Numbered from the stretch's first letter, positions 53,901-63,998 are shown. The stretch: 64,000 bases of DNA from Octopus vulgaris (GCA_951406725.2 OX597827.1:54250001-54314000), one strand, 5' to 3'. The notes: generated by a model from the letters alone, not told the origin. Numbers and translations: made by a program.

Positions 53901-56900
53901 CCACTGATATGGGTGCCTTTTACATATCACCAGCACAAGTGCCTCTTACGTATCACCGGCATGGGTACCTTTTTTGTGTCACCTGTACTGGTTGCAACTA
54001 CGATTTCACTAAGCTTGATGTGTCTTCTCAAGCCCAGCAAATCCCCAGCAGCTGTACCCTTTCTTTGGTGGATTCCATAAAGAACCAGTCTATTTATGCA
54101 GACTTGTCTTGTTTCTGTTTTAGACATTATAAACTTTTCAAACCAAATATGGAGTTGCTGCATAGTCACACAACCTGCTAAAAATTACAGCTAAATTTCC
54201 TTCAAATAACACAGCATTTTAGAAAAGAAAGGCACATTAAATTATGTTGTTCTAGGTGCACTACAACTGACCACAACTAACATGGGGTTAAACACCAACA
54301 ATGAACTGTTTCTTAGTGATTATCTTTCTTAATAGGAGAATAAAAGTCTTAGTCAATAAGGGAAGTGCAAAAACAAAGTGAGAAACAAAAGAAGGAAAAG
54401 ATCAAATTAATAGTATAAAATTAGAGAAAGTAAGAGAATACTGGTAAAGAAAACAATTCAATGGGAGACGTCTAATTGAGGTCACACTCTTGATTTTTTT
54501 GCTGCTGCCACATTAAAAGCACTGGTGCTGATCCCACATAAAAAGCACCCATTTCACTCTTTAAAGTAGTTGGTGTTAGGAAGGACATCCAGCCATAGAA
54601 ACCATACCAGAACAGACAATGGAGCCTGGTGCAGCCTCCACACTTAACAGCTCCTGTCAAACCATCCAAAGTATGCACACACAAGTTAAATGATGGTGAT
54701 GGTGGTAGTTTCTTCTTTAATGATTTGTGGAAGATAATTTCCGAAGCACAATGGGTGCTGGGATGGAGAAATTGATTGAAAGATTTTAGCTCATCACCAT
54801 TGTTAGGCTGAACTTTCAGGTCAGCAAATCTTGTTTTTAAATAGTTGCCTTTGAAATCAAGTCATACAAGTATTTTTATGTAATCATAAGTGAAATGTTT
54901 ACTGACATAAATAAGTTCTTGCTATTTTCATTTTAGATATATCGGCCCTTAAATCTTTACATTGGCCTTGTTGGTGTTGAGATTTGGAGAGACCCATCAA
55001 ATATACCTATTAAGATTGAGCGTGGAGATCCTCAGGAAACCCTTACGAGGTTCTTACATTACCGCCAACAACGAATAAACCCAGTTCAATTGAACGACAA
55101 TGCACAGTTGCTAGTGTAAGTTATCTTCATTTGTCTAGTTTTTTTTTTTCTATTGCCTTTTTTTTTTATACTTATTTCAGTCATTGGGCTGCAATCATTT
55201 CTGGGGCACCACCTTGAAGGGTTTTGGATGAACAGATCAACCCCAGTAAACACTTTATTAGAGTCTTTTGATGATATTATGATAGTTTTCAGTTCTGTTT
55301 TATGACCATTTTCCTTCTAAAGGTTTCAGTCAAAGGAAGTTGTTTACTTGGAATTTTAATGATTTCTCTTAGCTTGATTTTAAGTCACTAACCTCTTGAT
55401 CTTATTACTGCCAACCCATTAGTTTCTTGGGAATGAAGCATCAAGTGAATATTCATTTCTTTTTTTGCAACTTGATAGCTTGAAAAGAAGGATACAATGT
55501 TTCATAATAAGTACAAAATACCTTGCCTCTTTCACTAAGGGTCAAGGAATTTTATCTATTCAACCATTTTGTTCTCTTATAAAACTAAAGCACTTGAAGA
55601 AAGCATAAATGTACTCCCGTTTGCTCCTACTGCACAAACGAGGCTTTCAGTCTATGTAACAAATTAACATTGTCCATGTTAAGTATACCTGCTATATCTG
55701 ATGTGAATAATAAGGGTTTCTTGTCATGCTTGGCACCAAAAGAAAATTCTGTTAACCCTTTTGATACCAACCAGCCTGCCTGAGGCTGGTCCTGGTTCTG
55801 TGATACAAATTTCATGTTTTAAAGTGATCCAAACACCAACTCAGTAAGATATTTTACTAAATTCCTCGTTATTTTGAAAATTAATTGAAACAAAGGCAAT
55901 AGTATTTCGGTGGAAATATAGTAGCAAAAGAATTAATTCGTAATTTCTACAACACTTTTCAGTAAACTGTCATGGTATCAGTCATTCTCTGACTAGTTTA
56001 TGGTTGAGCCTGTGGTGGTGGAGATTTCTGTAGTTCTTGGTTCCCAGTCCATATACCTGCTCACCACTATCGGGGCAGAGATGGCTGTCCACAGATGTGA
56101 GCCCTGCAAGTCAGAGTGGCTGTTCCAGCTTATCTCCCTCACCATCCTCTGGGGCAACACCTTTTCCATTTTGTCTTCTGCAACCACGAGGCAGTCTGAA
56201 ATGCAGGAAATTGTATGTTCCCCTCCTTATTGTGAAGTTACTTCAACAACTTTGAGAAGCACAATGAACCACTAAAGCCTAGCTGTTCTCAACCATTTTT
56301 TTTTTTTACCTATGGACTCCTTTAAGTACTATTTTGTTCTGGTGGACCCCCATAGCCATTTGATGTTCAAAAACTAGTTTTATAGATACTTCTTTTAAAA
56401 TTCCTACTTTGTTCATCAGACATTCACTTGAACTATGTAAAACATTAGAGAAGAACCTATCTGTTACTTACAATAAATACATCTAAAGCAAAATTTTTTC
56501 ATGGACATATAAAATACTACTGTGGACCCAATTTACTATTTTGCTTATGTGAACCCCTAAAAATCTTACACGGACCCTCTCCTCAGGGGTCATATGAACC
56601 CTGGTTGATAACCACTGCACTAGACAAAGTATTTGTCTTGTTGGATATTATCTGAGTTATTGGCCTCCTGATTATGGTTTTGAATTTGACTAAAAGATTG
56701 GCTGTGCAAGGAGAAGCCAACAATAAAACCTTCTGCTCTAACAATTTCATATAAAATGTTGTAATATTCCATTATTTATGAAATGGGAAATGAATATATA
56801 TATATATAATGGAGAAATTATACAAAATATATAAATAGAGGATGAGTAAAGCACCGGCACAGTTTTGATTGATGGACATATCGCGGTATGTAAAACTGAA

Positions 56901-57002
56901 TCAGAAAATCTCTAGTAAGACTATTTTTATTGATGTACCTAGAACGGGTTGAAACGTGTCATACCTAATAAAATATTTTACTCACTCCATCTATTTTATT
57001 AA

Positions 57003-57049
<47 letters not shown>

Positions 57050-60000
57050 TAGATAGATACATAGATAGGCAGGCAGACAGACACACACACAAACATACAT
57101 TATGTGGGTGATATTTTCAACCAAGATGTCAGAATTGTATCTGATTCTTCAAGTGCTTCAATTCGGTGTATATACATCCGTTTATTAGATTGATGACATT
57201 CATTAATGGTTTTCCTATTGCGTTGATATACCATTTCTATCATTAATAGAACTTTCAGCATTTTTGATGACACAGGTATGCTAGTTTCTTTATAATGTAT
57301 CATTGATTGAAATATAGATTCTAATTTTTTTTTTTTTAATTTTTTTTATTACTATTTTACAGAGGTTTCAAGTTTGCTAATGGCGTTATTGGCAAGGCAT
57401 CGCAGGGGAAAATATGTATGCATCAATCATCTGGTGGAGTCAATAGTGTAAGTATTCTTTTCCTTATATAGCCAAAGGGGGTAGGTACATACAGCAAGTG
57501 TTACTAAAACACCTCTAACATATTTCTATTATCATTATCATCATATAGTGTTGACTTTCCTGTGCTTGCAAGAGTCAGATGAAATTATATAATGTAGGCA
57601 TAGAGACATTGTCTGAAAATAAGATGGAATGGTCATGGCTGGATTGCTACAAAAATATGTTTGTTTGATGAGCAATAATAATTTGTAAAGAACTTTCTTA
57701 TCTCTGATTTTTAAGCTAAAACTACTCTCTTGCTTCTAGGACCACTTTCATTCTACAGTGGCAAGCGTAGCTATGACAGTAGCTCATGAACTTGGACACA
57801 ATTTAGGAATGCTCCATGATCGTGACACCTGTGTCTGCCCAGGAGAATCTACCAAGTGTATCATGGAAGCAACGAGTGGGTAAGTATCATTTGCTATAGA
57901 AGACAAATGAGAAACAAGAAATTAGTTTTGTAATAATTTTTTTTTGTTTGTACTCATCTAATTCATAATAAAATTAAATAACTACACTTCTTGAATGACT
58001 AGTTATCATCCAACTTCTTTATATGTATACATTAACACACTCACATGGAATAGATGTATAAACATACCAGTGTGTTTCTGTATATTTATTAAAATGTTTA
58101 TAAGGATTACTTTTCTCAAGGACTTTGTTTCATTTCTTAGGCTATTCAGTATTGATTATGGGCATGTTTTTGTGGTTGTGTATTGATGATGCTTGAGTGG
58201 AGAAGGTTAAAGAAGAGCTAAGTTTGATATCACATGTGAAGGAATGTGTGCAGCTAGACGTAAGATTGAGGTCATTAATGTACAGAAGAAAGAATTCAGG
58301 TGGCATAAACAAACACTGAGACACACCAGAATTGACAAAATCTATGTTAGAGAGAGCTCCATTGATATTACAATGGAGTAGTCTGATGAGTAATTCCATT
58401 ATAAGAAAATAGATGTGGATATTGTCTCATTTGTGGCAACCTTACTTAGAAGCATTCACACCAACAATAGTGAGGGATATGTGCTTGTGGAGATTTTAAG
58501 AACAAGAGACCATCATTACCTGATGTAGGGAAGCTGGTCTCCAATATTTATAAATTGATAGCACCTTTCAAATACACATTCTAGAGTACAGTCAAGAAAA
58601 AGATAGCTGCCTTGGCAGGTTTTTAAACACTACACTGTAGAACTATGCCTTCTCTGCATCTCTTTTCTCACGACAACCTTGAAATGGTCTTTGTTCCAGT
58701 GAATAATTTAAATTGCATATCACTCCACTTCTAAACCAAATCCATTCTTTTTCCCATCTTACTCCTTTCATAATCCCTAAACAAAGCACTTCCTCCTATA
58801 GAGCTGCACTCACCTAAAAGTCCCGTGATGCTTCAAGCTAGTAAAGGAGCCTTACATGATTATTTGTTCTACTTTGAATCTCCTTTAAAATTACACCCTA
58901 CCATCTTAGAAAAAAAAATGTGGGGAGGGAAACATTGGCTTAATGTAATCCTAGATATTCAATGCTCAAAACAAAATGTAGAATGATTATAGTTAGAATA
59001 CCTGATCTGAAGAGACCAACCCAGCTGTTAAATAGAAGAAACATTTATACCTATCTCAATGAATGTTATACAATATCAGTTTTAAGTGTTCATTTCAGAA
59101 AATAAATAGTATTTCAAACAAACTTGAAAAACATCTAATTTTTAAAAAATACTAATATTTCCAGTATTTTTCTGATTTCTATTTAATAGTGATAGAAGCT
59201 CTCCAAAATGGTCAAGTTGTTCTAAAGAAGCAATAAAAGAAGCCTTTGAGATGGGCATGGATTATTGTTTATATAACAAGCCTGAATCCTTGTTTTACAC
59301 ATCATGCGGAAATAACTTTGTTGAAGATCTTGAAGAATGTGATTGTGGATTGCCAGAGGTATGTAAATACTATGTCTAATACTATCGTCATCATCATCAT
59401 CATTTAATGTCTATCTTCCAGACTGGCATGGGTTGGGCACTTTAACAGGATCCGATGAGCCCCTGGGATGCATCCTGCTCCTTTATTTGCTTTTGCATGG
59501 TTTCTACAGCTGGACACCCTTCCAAACACCAACCACTTTCCAGTTTGTGCTGGGTGCTTTATTCATGCTACTAACACTAGTGAGATCACCATACAGCTTG
59601 CAAGACTCTGAAAGGACATCCCTTATGTTGTGTGATGAGTAGTACATGTATAAGAAAAGAAGCTAGAGCAGGACAAGTCTCTCGCTGTAAAAGAGCTACA
59701 TGGCTTCTCACATTTTAGAAGAGAGGGTAGGAGTGTTCAAGAGGCGCAGGAAAGCAACAAAAATAGATATCCTTAACACTGACAATTAAATCTGTGTTCA
59801 TTTATAGCTGATATGTTTGTGTACTTTGAAAAGTGGAAAAACATTTGCAGTAGTAACTGTCTGAGAGAAAATATTCTCCATATAGACTTTATATATAAAA
59901 ACATTATTGGCTCTATATGATGTTATTGGACTGTAAGATACGTGTTTCTGTCAGTGGTGTAGCTTGAGTGTGTTCTGCCCGGAGCAGCCCTTTAGTCTGT

Positions 60001-63000
60001 TGCCCCCGAGCCCTCTCAAAAAATACATATTGCACGGTGACTATATCGATTGTTGCATTTAACTGTGAGTAGTGTCCGTGTCCCAACATTAAAACTACTT
60101 TTATATGATTTCAATACAGCCTATACAGGCTTATAGCCAACAGCAGATCCCCAAAGTGCAGCCCAGTGTGGACCTCCCCCTCCACCACCACCACCACCCA
60201 CTAACTACGCTAGTGGTTTCTCTGTGGTAAGACTTCGTCAGTTACAGACACTGCTTCAGTTGGTCATAGCTCAGTAAAAATTGCCATTCTTAGATGTTAA
60301 CCCTTTAGCATTTAAACTGGTCATATCCAGCCTAAATATTCTACCTGCTTTATGTTCGAACTGGCCAGGTCCAGCCTCTCATGCCTACCATAAAATGTCA
60401 GTCGAAAAATAAACAATCATATCATCAACATCTCAAAGCCATGAGCTAATGCAAGATAAATTCAAGCCAATACAAATGAATAAGATAATCAGAATGCTAA
60501 AGGGTTAAACAGTAAGACACACATTTGGTGACATGTGGAAAGCTTTGTCAACTATAAGCCCACTAAGTAGTGACAATAAAAATAAAACTACATTTATATA
60601 TAACATGCTTTTGTACACTCAGATATGGAAAGATGTTTGCTGCTGTTGTCTTACTGTTTGATTACATCATTCAAATCTCACCTTGGTGTATTTTTCCACA
60701 GGTTGTCATCATCATCATGAACATTTAATGTCCGTTTTCGATGCTGACATGGGTTAGACAGTTTAACAGGAACTGACAAGGCTAGGAGTCACATCAAATT
60801 CCATAGTCTGTTTTGGCTTATTTTCTACAGCTGGATGTCCTTCCTAACACCAACCACTTTACAGAGTGTACTGGGTGCTTTTTATGTGGCACCAAACAAA
60901 ATATTTTCTATAAAATTTGTTCTGTGAGCATCTTTCCTCACTTGAGGTGTACACAAGTGCATTAAATATAAATGTACAGTTTTATCTTGAATAATTTGTT
61001 GATAAACAAAATGGGATTGATGCTGTCATCAGCACAAACAAGGACACACAGTTGTAGTCCTATTACACAGTGTTTCTCATGATGGAAACCACCCACTTTC
61101 TTCCACCTGTGAGCATTGTAACAGTTGAAAAAAAAAAATGAGGATAAATTGGTATGTTTAATAAAATTGAGTTGGTTTCTAACTTTTGTAACTTGTACAT
61201 TATTTACATTCGATGGATATTTGTCCTCATCTTGTTTGTTGTTAGCACAACGTTTCAGCTGATATACCCTCCAGCCTTCTTCAGGTGTCTTGGGGGAAAT
61301 TTCGAACCTGGGTTCTCATTCCTAAGGTATTTTTCGATGTTATTATTATTGTTAGTGTTCAGGTCACTGCTTGGAATTGAACTCGGAGTCTTGGGGTAAG
61401 TAGCCCACGCTCTTAACCCCAAGACTCCGAGTTCGATTCCAAGCAGTGATCTGAAAAATAATGATAATAATAATAATAATAGCATCAAAAAATACCTTAG
61501 GAATGAGAACCCAGGTTCAAAATTTTCCCAAGATGCCTGAAGAAGGCTGGAGGGCCGGCATTGCTCAGATTTGTTTCAACCCTTTAGAATTGAAATTTTT
61601 GAAAAGTAAAACTTTTGCATTATGTAGCTTGTTATTCTCTTTAAGTGAACATTTTTCTGGTTGAAATACACCGAAAAATGACAACACAACAGTAAAAAAA
61701 ATCGTGAAAAATAGGGATTTTCATAGAAAAAAAGCATCTATTTGATGTAAATTATTTTTGGTGTTAACATGGTCTCAAATTTGGTCAACTTGCGCCGCAG
61801 GGTCTCGGAGGAGATAGTGTTAGTTGAAGGCTACCAAACCTGCCATACACAGACAACTTCAGCTTTATATATATAGAGATTTGTAGAAGTTTAGAAATAT
61901 GTCATGTCAATGTTATTTTTAAATATTATATTACATTTACTTATTTTATCGCATTATAATAAATATTAGTCAAAAAAAAAATAGTGAGTATTAATTAATT
62001 ACCCATACATTGTATTCATGACCTTGTGAATAAGTTAGAAATCAATATTATTTGTTTTATTCCACAATGTAACTCATTCTTAACATATTATCCACATCAT
62101 CATTGTCAAATCTGTGATGATGGGGTGGATGAAAAAGAAAAGGATGTGGATTTCATGCTAGTCATAAATTGAATTGATGCTTTGTAATTAATTGATTCTT
62201 GAGTTAATTCATACTGAGATCAGCTTTGTCTTTTCTCTGTGTGTGTGTGTGTAACAGCAAACCTTATGAAGTTTATGTCTATTTAATTCAGGTATGTGAT
62301 AACAAATGTTGTGACCCTACAACTTGTAAACTGAAAGGCAATGCTGTGTGTGCTACAGGGAAATGTTGTAATCTTAATACATGTCAGGTGAGTTATGCAT
62401 TGCATTATATATATACTTTATGACATGAGAAATGTGAAGTGCTAATTACTCTATATTAAATTACTCTGCTGTCAGATTATTATTATTTTTTTATTTTGAA
62501 TTTCATTTATGTTTTAATTATGCCCATGGAAAATGGCAGTTCCCATTTTCCTTTTCACTCAAACTGCAGAAAGGTTAACAGACTACTTGTTATAAAGAAA
62601 TTAATCCTTTTGTGATTACATTTCTATTTGATAAACTGCCTAAGTGTCTCAAACTATCTTCATTATAAGGAAGATATTGGAGAGGTTTAAGTAAATGTCT
62701 TTATAGTTTTGGTATACATAGCACACTACATTTGACTAACTAAAACCCCATGTTATGATTAATTTTCTATTAAGATTATCACTTGCATATGAACAAATTT
62801 TAATCATTTTAATGTACCCTATTTGAGATGATTGATATTAAGAGAATTAAATGGTTGATTTTACTTCTCATATGTTGGATAAATAAAATATTTATTCATT
62901 CTGACTTAGCATAAATTTGTACTGCATTTTCAGTAAAGACAAAATATAATGAACTTATAAAGTTTATAGTTTTTGCTTGTCATAGCTTCAATAGGAACTG

Positions 63001-63998
63001 AAATTAGATTGTAGATTTTCTGGACATTTACCTCTGATACACAGCTCATACATCATCATCATTTAATGTCCATTTTCCATGCTTGCATGGGTTGGACAGT
63101 TTGACAGGAGCTGGCTAAGCAGAAGACTGCACCAGACTTCGCTGCCTGTTTTGGCATGGTTTTTACAGCTGGACACACATCCTAACACCAACCACCCCAC
63201 AGAATGGACTGAGTGCTTTTTACATGGCACCAACTCTGGTGAGATCTGTTTTGGCATGGTTTTTACAGCTGGATGCCTTTCCAAATGCTGACCACTTTAG
63301 AGTGTGGATTGGATGCTTTTTATGTGGCACCAGCACTGGTAGGATCACCAAGTAACTTGCAAGACAAAGATCTTTTGAGAGTAAAGGTGGTGGTGGGGGG
63401 GGTCATTGGAGGAGGTGGCCTTGTTCCAAGTGATGAGAGATTTGAGTGTGACAGAGGAATAGAAACAAGTGTCTTGTTGTAGAGGAGATACATCGTTACC
63501 AGTTTGGAGTGAGAGAGAGAGAGAGAGAGACGTTGGTTAGTTGATTTACTCTTCATATTTTTTTCAAAATAATTTCTGTCTTAAGTTGTAGTTGTGACTG
63601 TTGGATGCATCAGTGTTCTTATTCCTATAGCAAATTGGATAATTGGAACTCTCCTGAAGTCCATTGTCTTTGCTCAGTATAAGAAAACATTCTTGTAATT
63701 TGACTTTTGTGAGTTTACTTATTACTTTTGACCTGTTCACTGGTCATAGATGGTTAGCTAGCTGATAACTAAACAAATTACTTCTAACTAACCAATCTTC
63801 TCATCACTTGTGAAAGAGAGAAAATATTGGATGAAGTTATTTCTATGTTTTGATAAATCCTTTCAGCTGCGTCCCCCAGGAACTGCGTGTCGGCCTAGAG
63901 AAGGAGAATGTGATTTAGATGAATACTGCACAGGGAAAGGTGAATATTGTCCGGAAAATGTATTTATTCACAATGGACGGCCATGTTCTGGAGGACTG
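27842..63998 (+). CDS. ADAM-family metalloprotease-disintegrin (meltrin/ADAM12-like), partial spliced CDS of 13 exons, 458 aa; 5' and 3' ends outside window
   Basis: 13 exons with GT-AG boundaries and compatible phases join into one stop-free frame: prodomain (HCYYNGH..STCDG, cysteine switch HCG), furin site [30 protein letters not shown] Met-turn, [15 protein letters not shown], disintegrin [14 protein letters not shown]. The IRGPYGSNK motif resembles invertebrate Meltrin. Exact orthology needs a phylogeny. Confidence 0.95.
28410..28822 (+). mobile_element. two tandem SINE family C copies after an (ATT)n tract
   Basis: Two gcgagctggcagaattgtta heads at ~28415 and ~28640. Confidence 0.8.
31420..32032 (-). 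mobile_element. three stacked SINE family C copies
   Basis: Three diverged reverse-complement copies separated by ttctttt(t/g)aatatt. Confidence 0.8.
32384..33345 (+). mobile_element. internally deleted mariner transposon (pseudogenised transposase)
   Basis: TA-flanked TIRs (..gtggtatcaaaaagttcccagactagtt / aactagtctggggactttttgatgccac..); peptides [53 protein letters not shown]. Confidence 0.9.
33665..33890 (-). mobile_element. SINE family C
   Basis: Reverse-complement similarity to the 23442 copy. Confidence 0.75.
34270..34433. mobile_element. short hAT-type MITE
   Basis: caggaatgggtaacc / agttgctcctgactg termini; imperfect 8-bp TSD cattaaat/aatcaaat. Confidence 0.55.
36365..36446 (+). 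CDS. ADAM exon (prodomain) [28 protein letters not shown]
   Basis: ttttcag acceptor, TAT|gtaagt donor; 82 nt, phase 2-0, fits both neighbours. Confidence 0.85.
36545..36990 (-). mobile_element. R4/Dong-like LINE C-terminal fragment followed by family C fragments
   Basis: Peptide [28 protein letters not shown]; C-family pieces at 36700-36990. Confidence 0.6.
40444..40526 (+). CDS. ADAM exon (prodomain) [27 protein letters not shown]
   Basis: ttttcag acceptor, AG|gtaatt donor; 83 nt; hallmark CYYxG...S.C.G prodomain motif. Confidence 0.95.
40643..40921. repeat. compound (TG/TA/TGCA) microsatellite with higher-order repetition
   Basis: Directly visible. Confidence 0.9.
41990..42417 (+). mobile_element. 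SINE family A
   Basis: Full-length similarity to the 24896 copy. Confidence 0.85.
43354..43655 (+). mobile_element. SINE family A, internally deleted or recombined
   Basis: A head plus A tail aaaggcggtgctccagcatggcc..gactgaaac. Confidence 0.7.
43653..43879. mobile_element. imperfect foldback element
   Basis: gacaacagagtaa..gagacactgtaact versus agttacagtatctc..ttaccctgttgtc. Confidence 0.5.
43930..44641 (+). mobile_element. Helitron 3' fragment with decayed PIF1-like helicase C-terminus
   Basis: Peptides [65 protein letters not shown]; 3' hairpin cctgggcaataccggg then CTAC|T. Confidence 0.88.
44669..44784 (+). CDS. ADAM exon (prodomain, cysteine switch) [15 protein letters not shown]...ASHCG
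   Basis: ttgcag acceptor, G|gtaaga donor; 116 nt, phase 2-1; YxIEP motif and cysteine-switch CG. Confidence 0.93.
44945..45270 (-). mobile_element. R4/Dong-type LINE fragment (restriction-like endonuclease domain)
   Basis: Peptide [56 protein letters not shown]. Confidence 0.8.
45570..45800 (+). mobile_element. CR1/L2-group LINE C-terminal fragment
   Basis: Peptide [24 protein letters not shown]. Confidence 0.55.
46008..46393 (+). mobile_element. non-autonomous Helitron
   Basis: 5' TCTCTATATTTATTATATAAAA..ctgtctgtc; 3' hairpin ccgtccattggacagg then CTCG|T (CTAG-like). Confidence 0.7.
46400..47090 (-). mobile_element. decayed RTE-clade LINE
   Basis: Broken peptides [39 protein letters not shown]. 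Confidence 0.6.
47495..47870 (-). mobile_element. SINE family A
   Basis: Reverse-complement similarity to the 24896 copy. Confidence 0.8.
48426..48640 (+). mobile_element. SINE family C (head also duplicated at ~48287-48330)
   Basis: Similarity to the 23442 copy. Confidence 0.8.
48758..48825 (+). CDS. ADAM exon (end of prodomain) [23 protein letters not shown]
   Basis: ttgcag acceptor, CGG|gtatgt donor; 68 nt, phase 1-0, bridges the flanking exons. Confidence 0.88.
49175..49568 (-). mobile_element. young SINE family A
   Basis: Close reverse-complement match to 24896-25303. Confidence 0.9.
49600..49912 (+). mobile_element. RTE-clade LINE C-terminal fragment
   Basis: Peptide [53 protein letters not shown]. 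Confidence 0.85.
50725..50808 (+). CDS. ADAM exon (furin site, start of catalytic domain) [28 protein letters not shown]
   Basis: tacag acceptor, ACA|gtaagt donor; 84 nt; RYVEL.LVAD reprolysin motif. Confidence 0.95.
51313..51561 (+). mobile_element. full-length tRNA-derived SINE family B
   Basis: A/B boxes, gttcttgagcaaaacactt centre, gcgatggactggcatcccatccag, (TTTA)n tail; perfect 14-bp TSD tattgtactttaga (51299-51312, 51562-51575). Confidence 0.9.
52381..52595 (+). mobile_element. SINE family C
   Basis: Full length; TSD-like t(g/a)gttaa(t/c)tgattg. Confidence 0.85.
52838..52900 (+). CDS. ADAM exon [21 protein letters not shown]
   Basis: ttttcag acceptor, ATG|gtaagt donor; 63 nt; RLI.IAN.V motif. 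Confidence 0.93.
53511..53619. mobile_element. 109-bp hAT-type MITE
   Basis: cagtggcatat / atacgcccctg termini; perfect 8-bp TSD gtgttaaa. Confidence 0.8.
53638..54050 (-). mobile_element. family D element with ~26-bp tandem units
   Basis: (CAT)n tail; repeated cacaggtgccttttacatgtcactgg. Confidence 0.75.
54937..55115 (+). CDS. ADAM exon [17 protein letters not shown]...NDNAQLL
   Basis: ttttag acceptor, GT|gtaagt donor; 179 nt; YRPLN..LVGVEIW and DNAQLL motifs. Confidence 0.96.
56280..56617 (-). mobile_element. hAT-type MITE
   Basis: TIRs ..gttctcaacc / ggttgataaccactg; same family as 13767. Confidence 0.75.
57363..57447 (+). CDS. ADAM exon [29 protein letters not shown]
   Basis: tttacag acceptor, AGT|gtaagt donor; 85 nt; IG.A....C....SGGV motif. 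Confidence 0.95.
57740..57879 (+). CDS. ADAM exon with zinc-binding active site [12 protein letters not shown] (57785-57820) and Met-turn CIM
   Basis: ttctag acceptor, GG|gtaagt donor; 140 nt; intact metzincin HExxHxxGxxHD. Confidence 0.97.
58170..58690 (-). mobile_element. CR1/L2-group reverse transcriptase fragment
   Basis: ORF 58142-58399 peptide [28 protein letters not shown], a decayed [19 protein letters not shown]. Confidence 0.75.
59190..59358 (+). CDS. ADAM exon (end of catalytic, start of disintegrin) ...WSSCS...CLYNKP...[18 protein letters not shown]
   Basis: taatag acceptor (alternative in-frame AGs 6 and 9 nt downstream), GAG|gtatgt donor; 169 nt. Confidence 0.94.
59952..60215. 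mobile_element. hAT-type MITE
   Basis: cagtggtgtag / ctacgctagtg termini; 8-bp TSD gtttctgt/gtttctct. Confidence 0.7.
60301..60504. mobile_element. piggyBac-like MITE (second family)
   Basis: TTAA|ccctttagcatt ... aatgctaaaggg|TTAA; older copy near 48973-49150. Confidence 0.85.
61194..61554 (-). mobile_element. tRNA-headed element with Penelope-type tail plus inverted partial copy
   Basis: - strand tRNA-like head, hammerhead-like core at 61289-61244; arms 61267-61400 and 61412-61554 are inverted repeats. Confidence 0.75.
61244..61289 (-). ncRNA. putative minimal type I hammerhead ribozyme
   Basis: gacac-CTGAAGA-a-ggctg(loop)cagct-GAAA-CG-TT-gtgct. Confidence 0.55.
61555..61879 (-). mobile_element. 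non-autonomous Helitron
   Basis: - strand 5' A|TCTCTATATATATAAAGCTGAAGTTGTCTGTG; remnant of the 3' hairpin at 61555-61569. Confidence 0.7.
62292..62387 (+). CDS. ADAM disintegrin exon [32 protein letters not shown]
   Basis: ttcag acceptor, CAG|gtgagt donor; 96 nt; disintegrin cysteine spacing. Confidence 0.96.
63051..63500 (-). mobile_element. family D element with internal duplication of the ttttggcatggtttttacagctgga block
   Basis: (CAT)n tail; block repeated at ~63147 and ~63247. Confidence 0.7.
63867..63998 (+). CDS. ADAM disintegrin-loop exon [44 protein letters not shown]
   Basis: tttcag acceptor; GT at 63999-64000 is the probable donor but the window ends there; ECD disintegrin loop. 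Confidence 0.92.
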   Translation, partial: MRPPGTACRPREGECDLDEYCTGKGEYCPENVFIHNGRPCSGGL

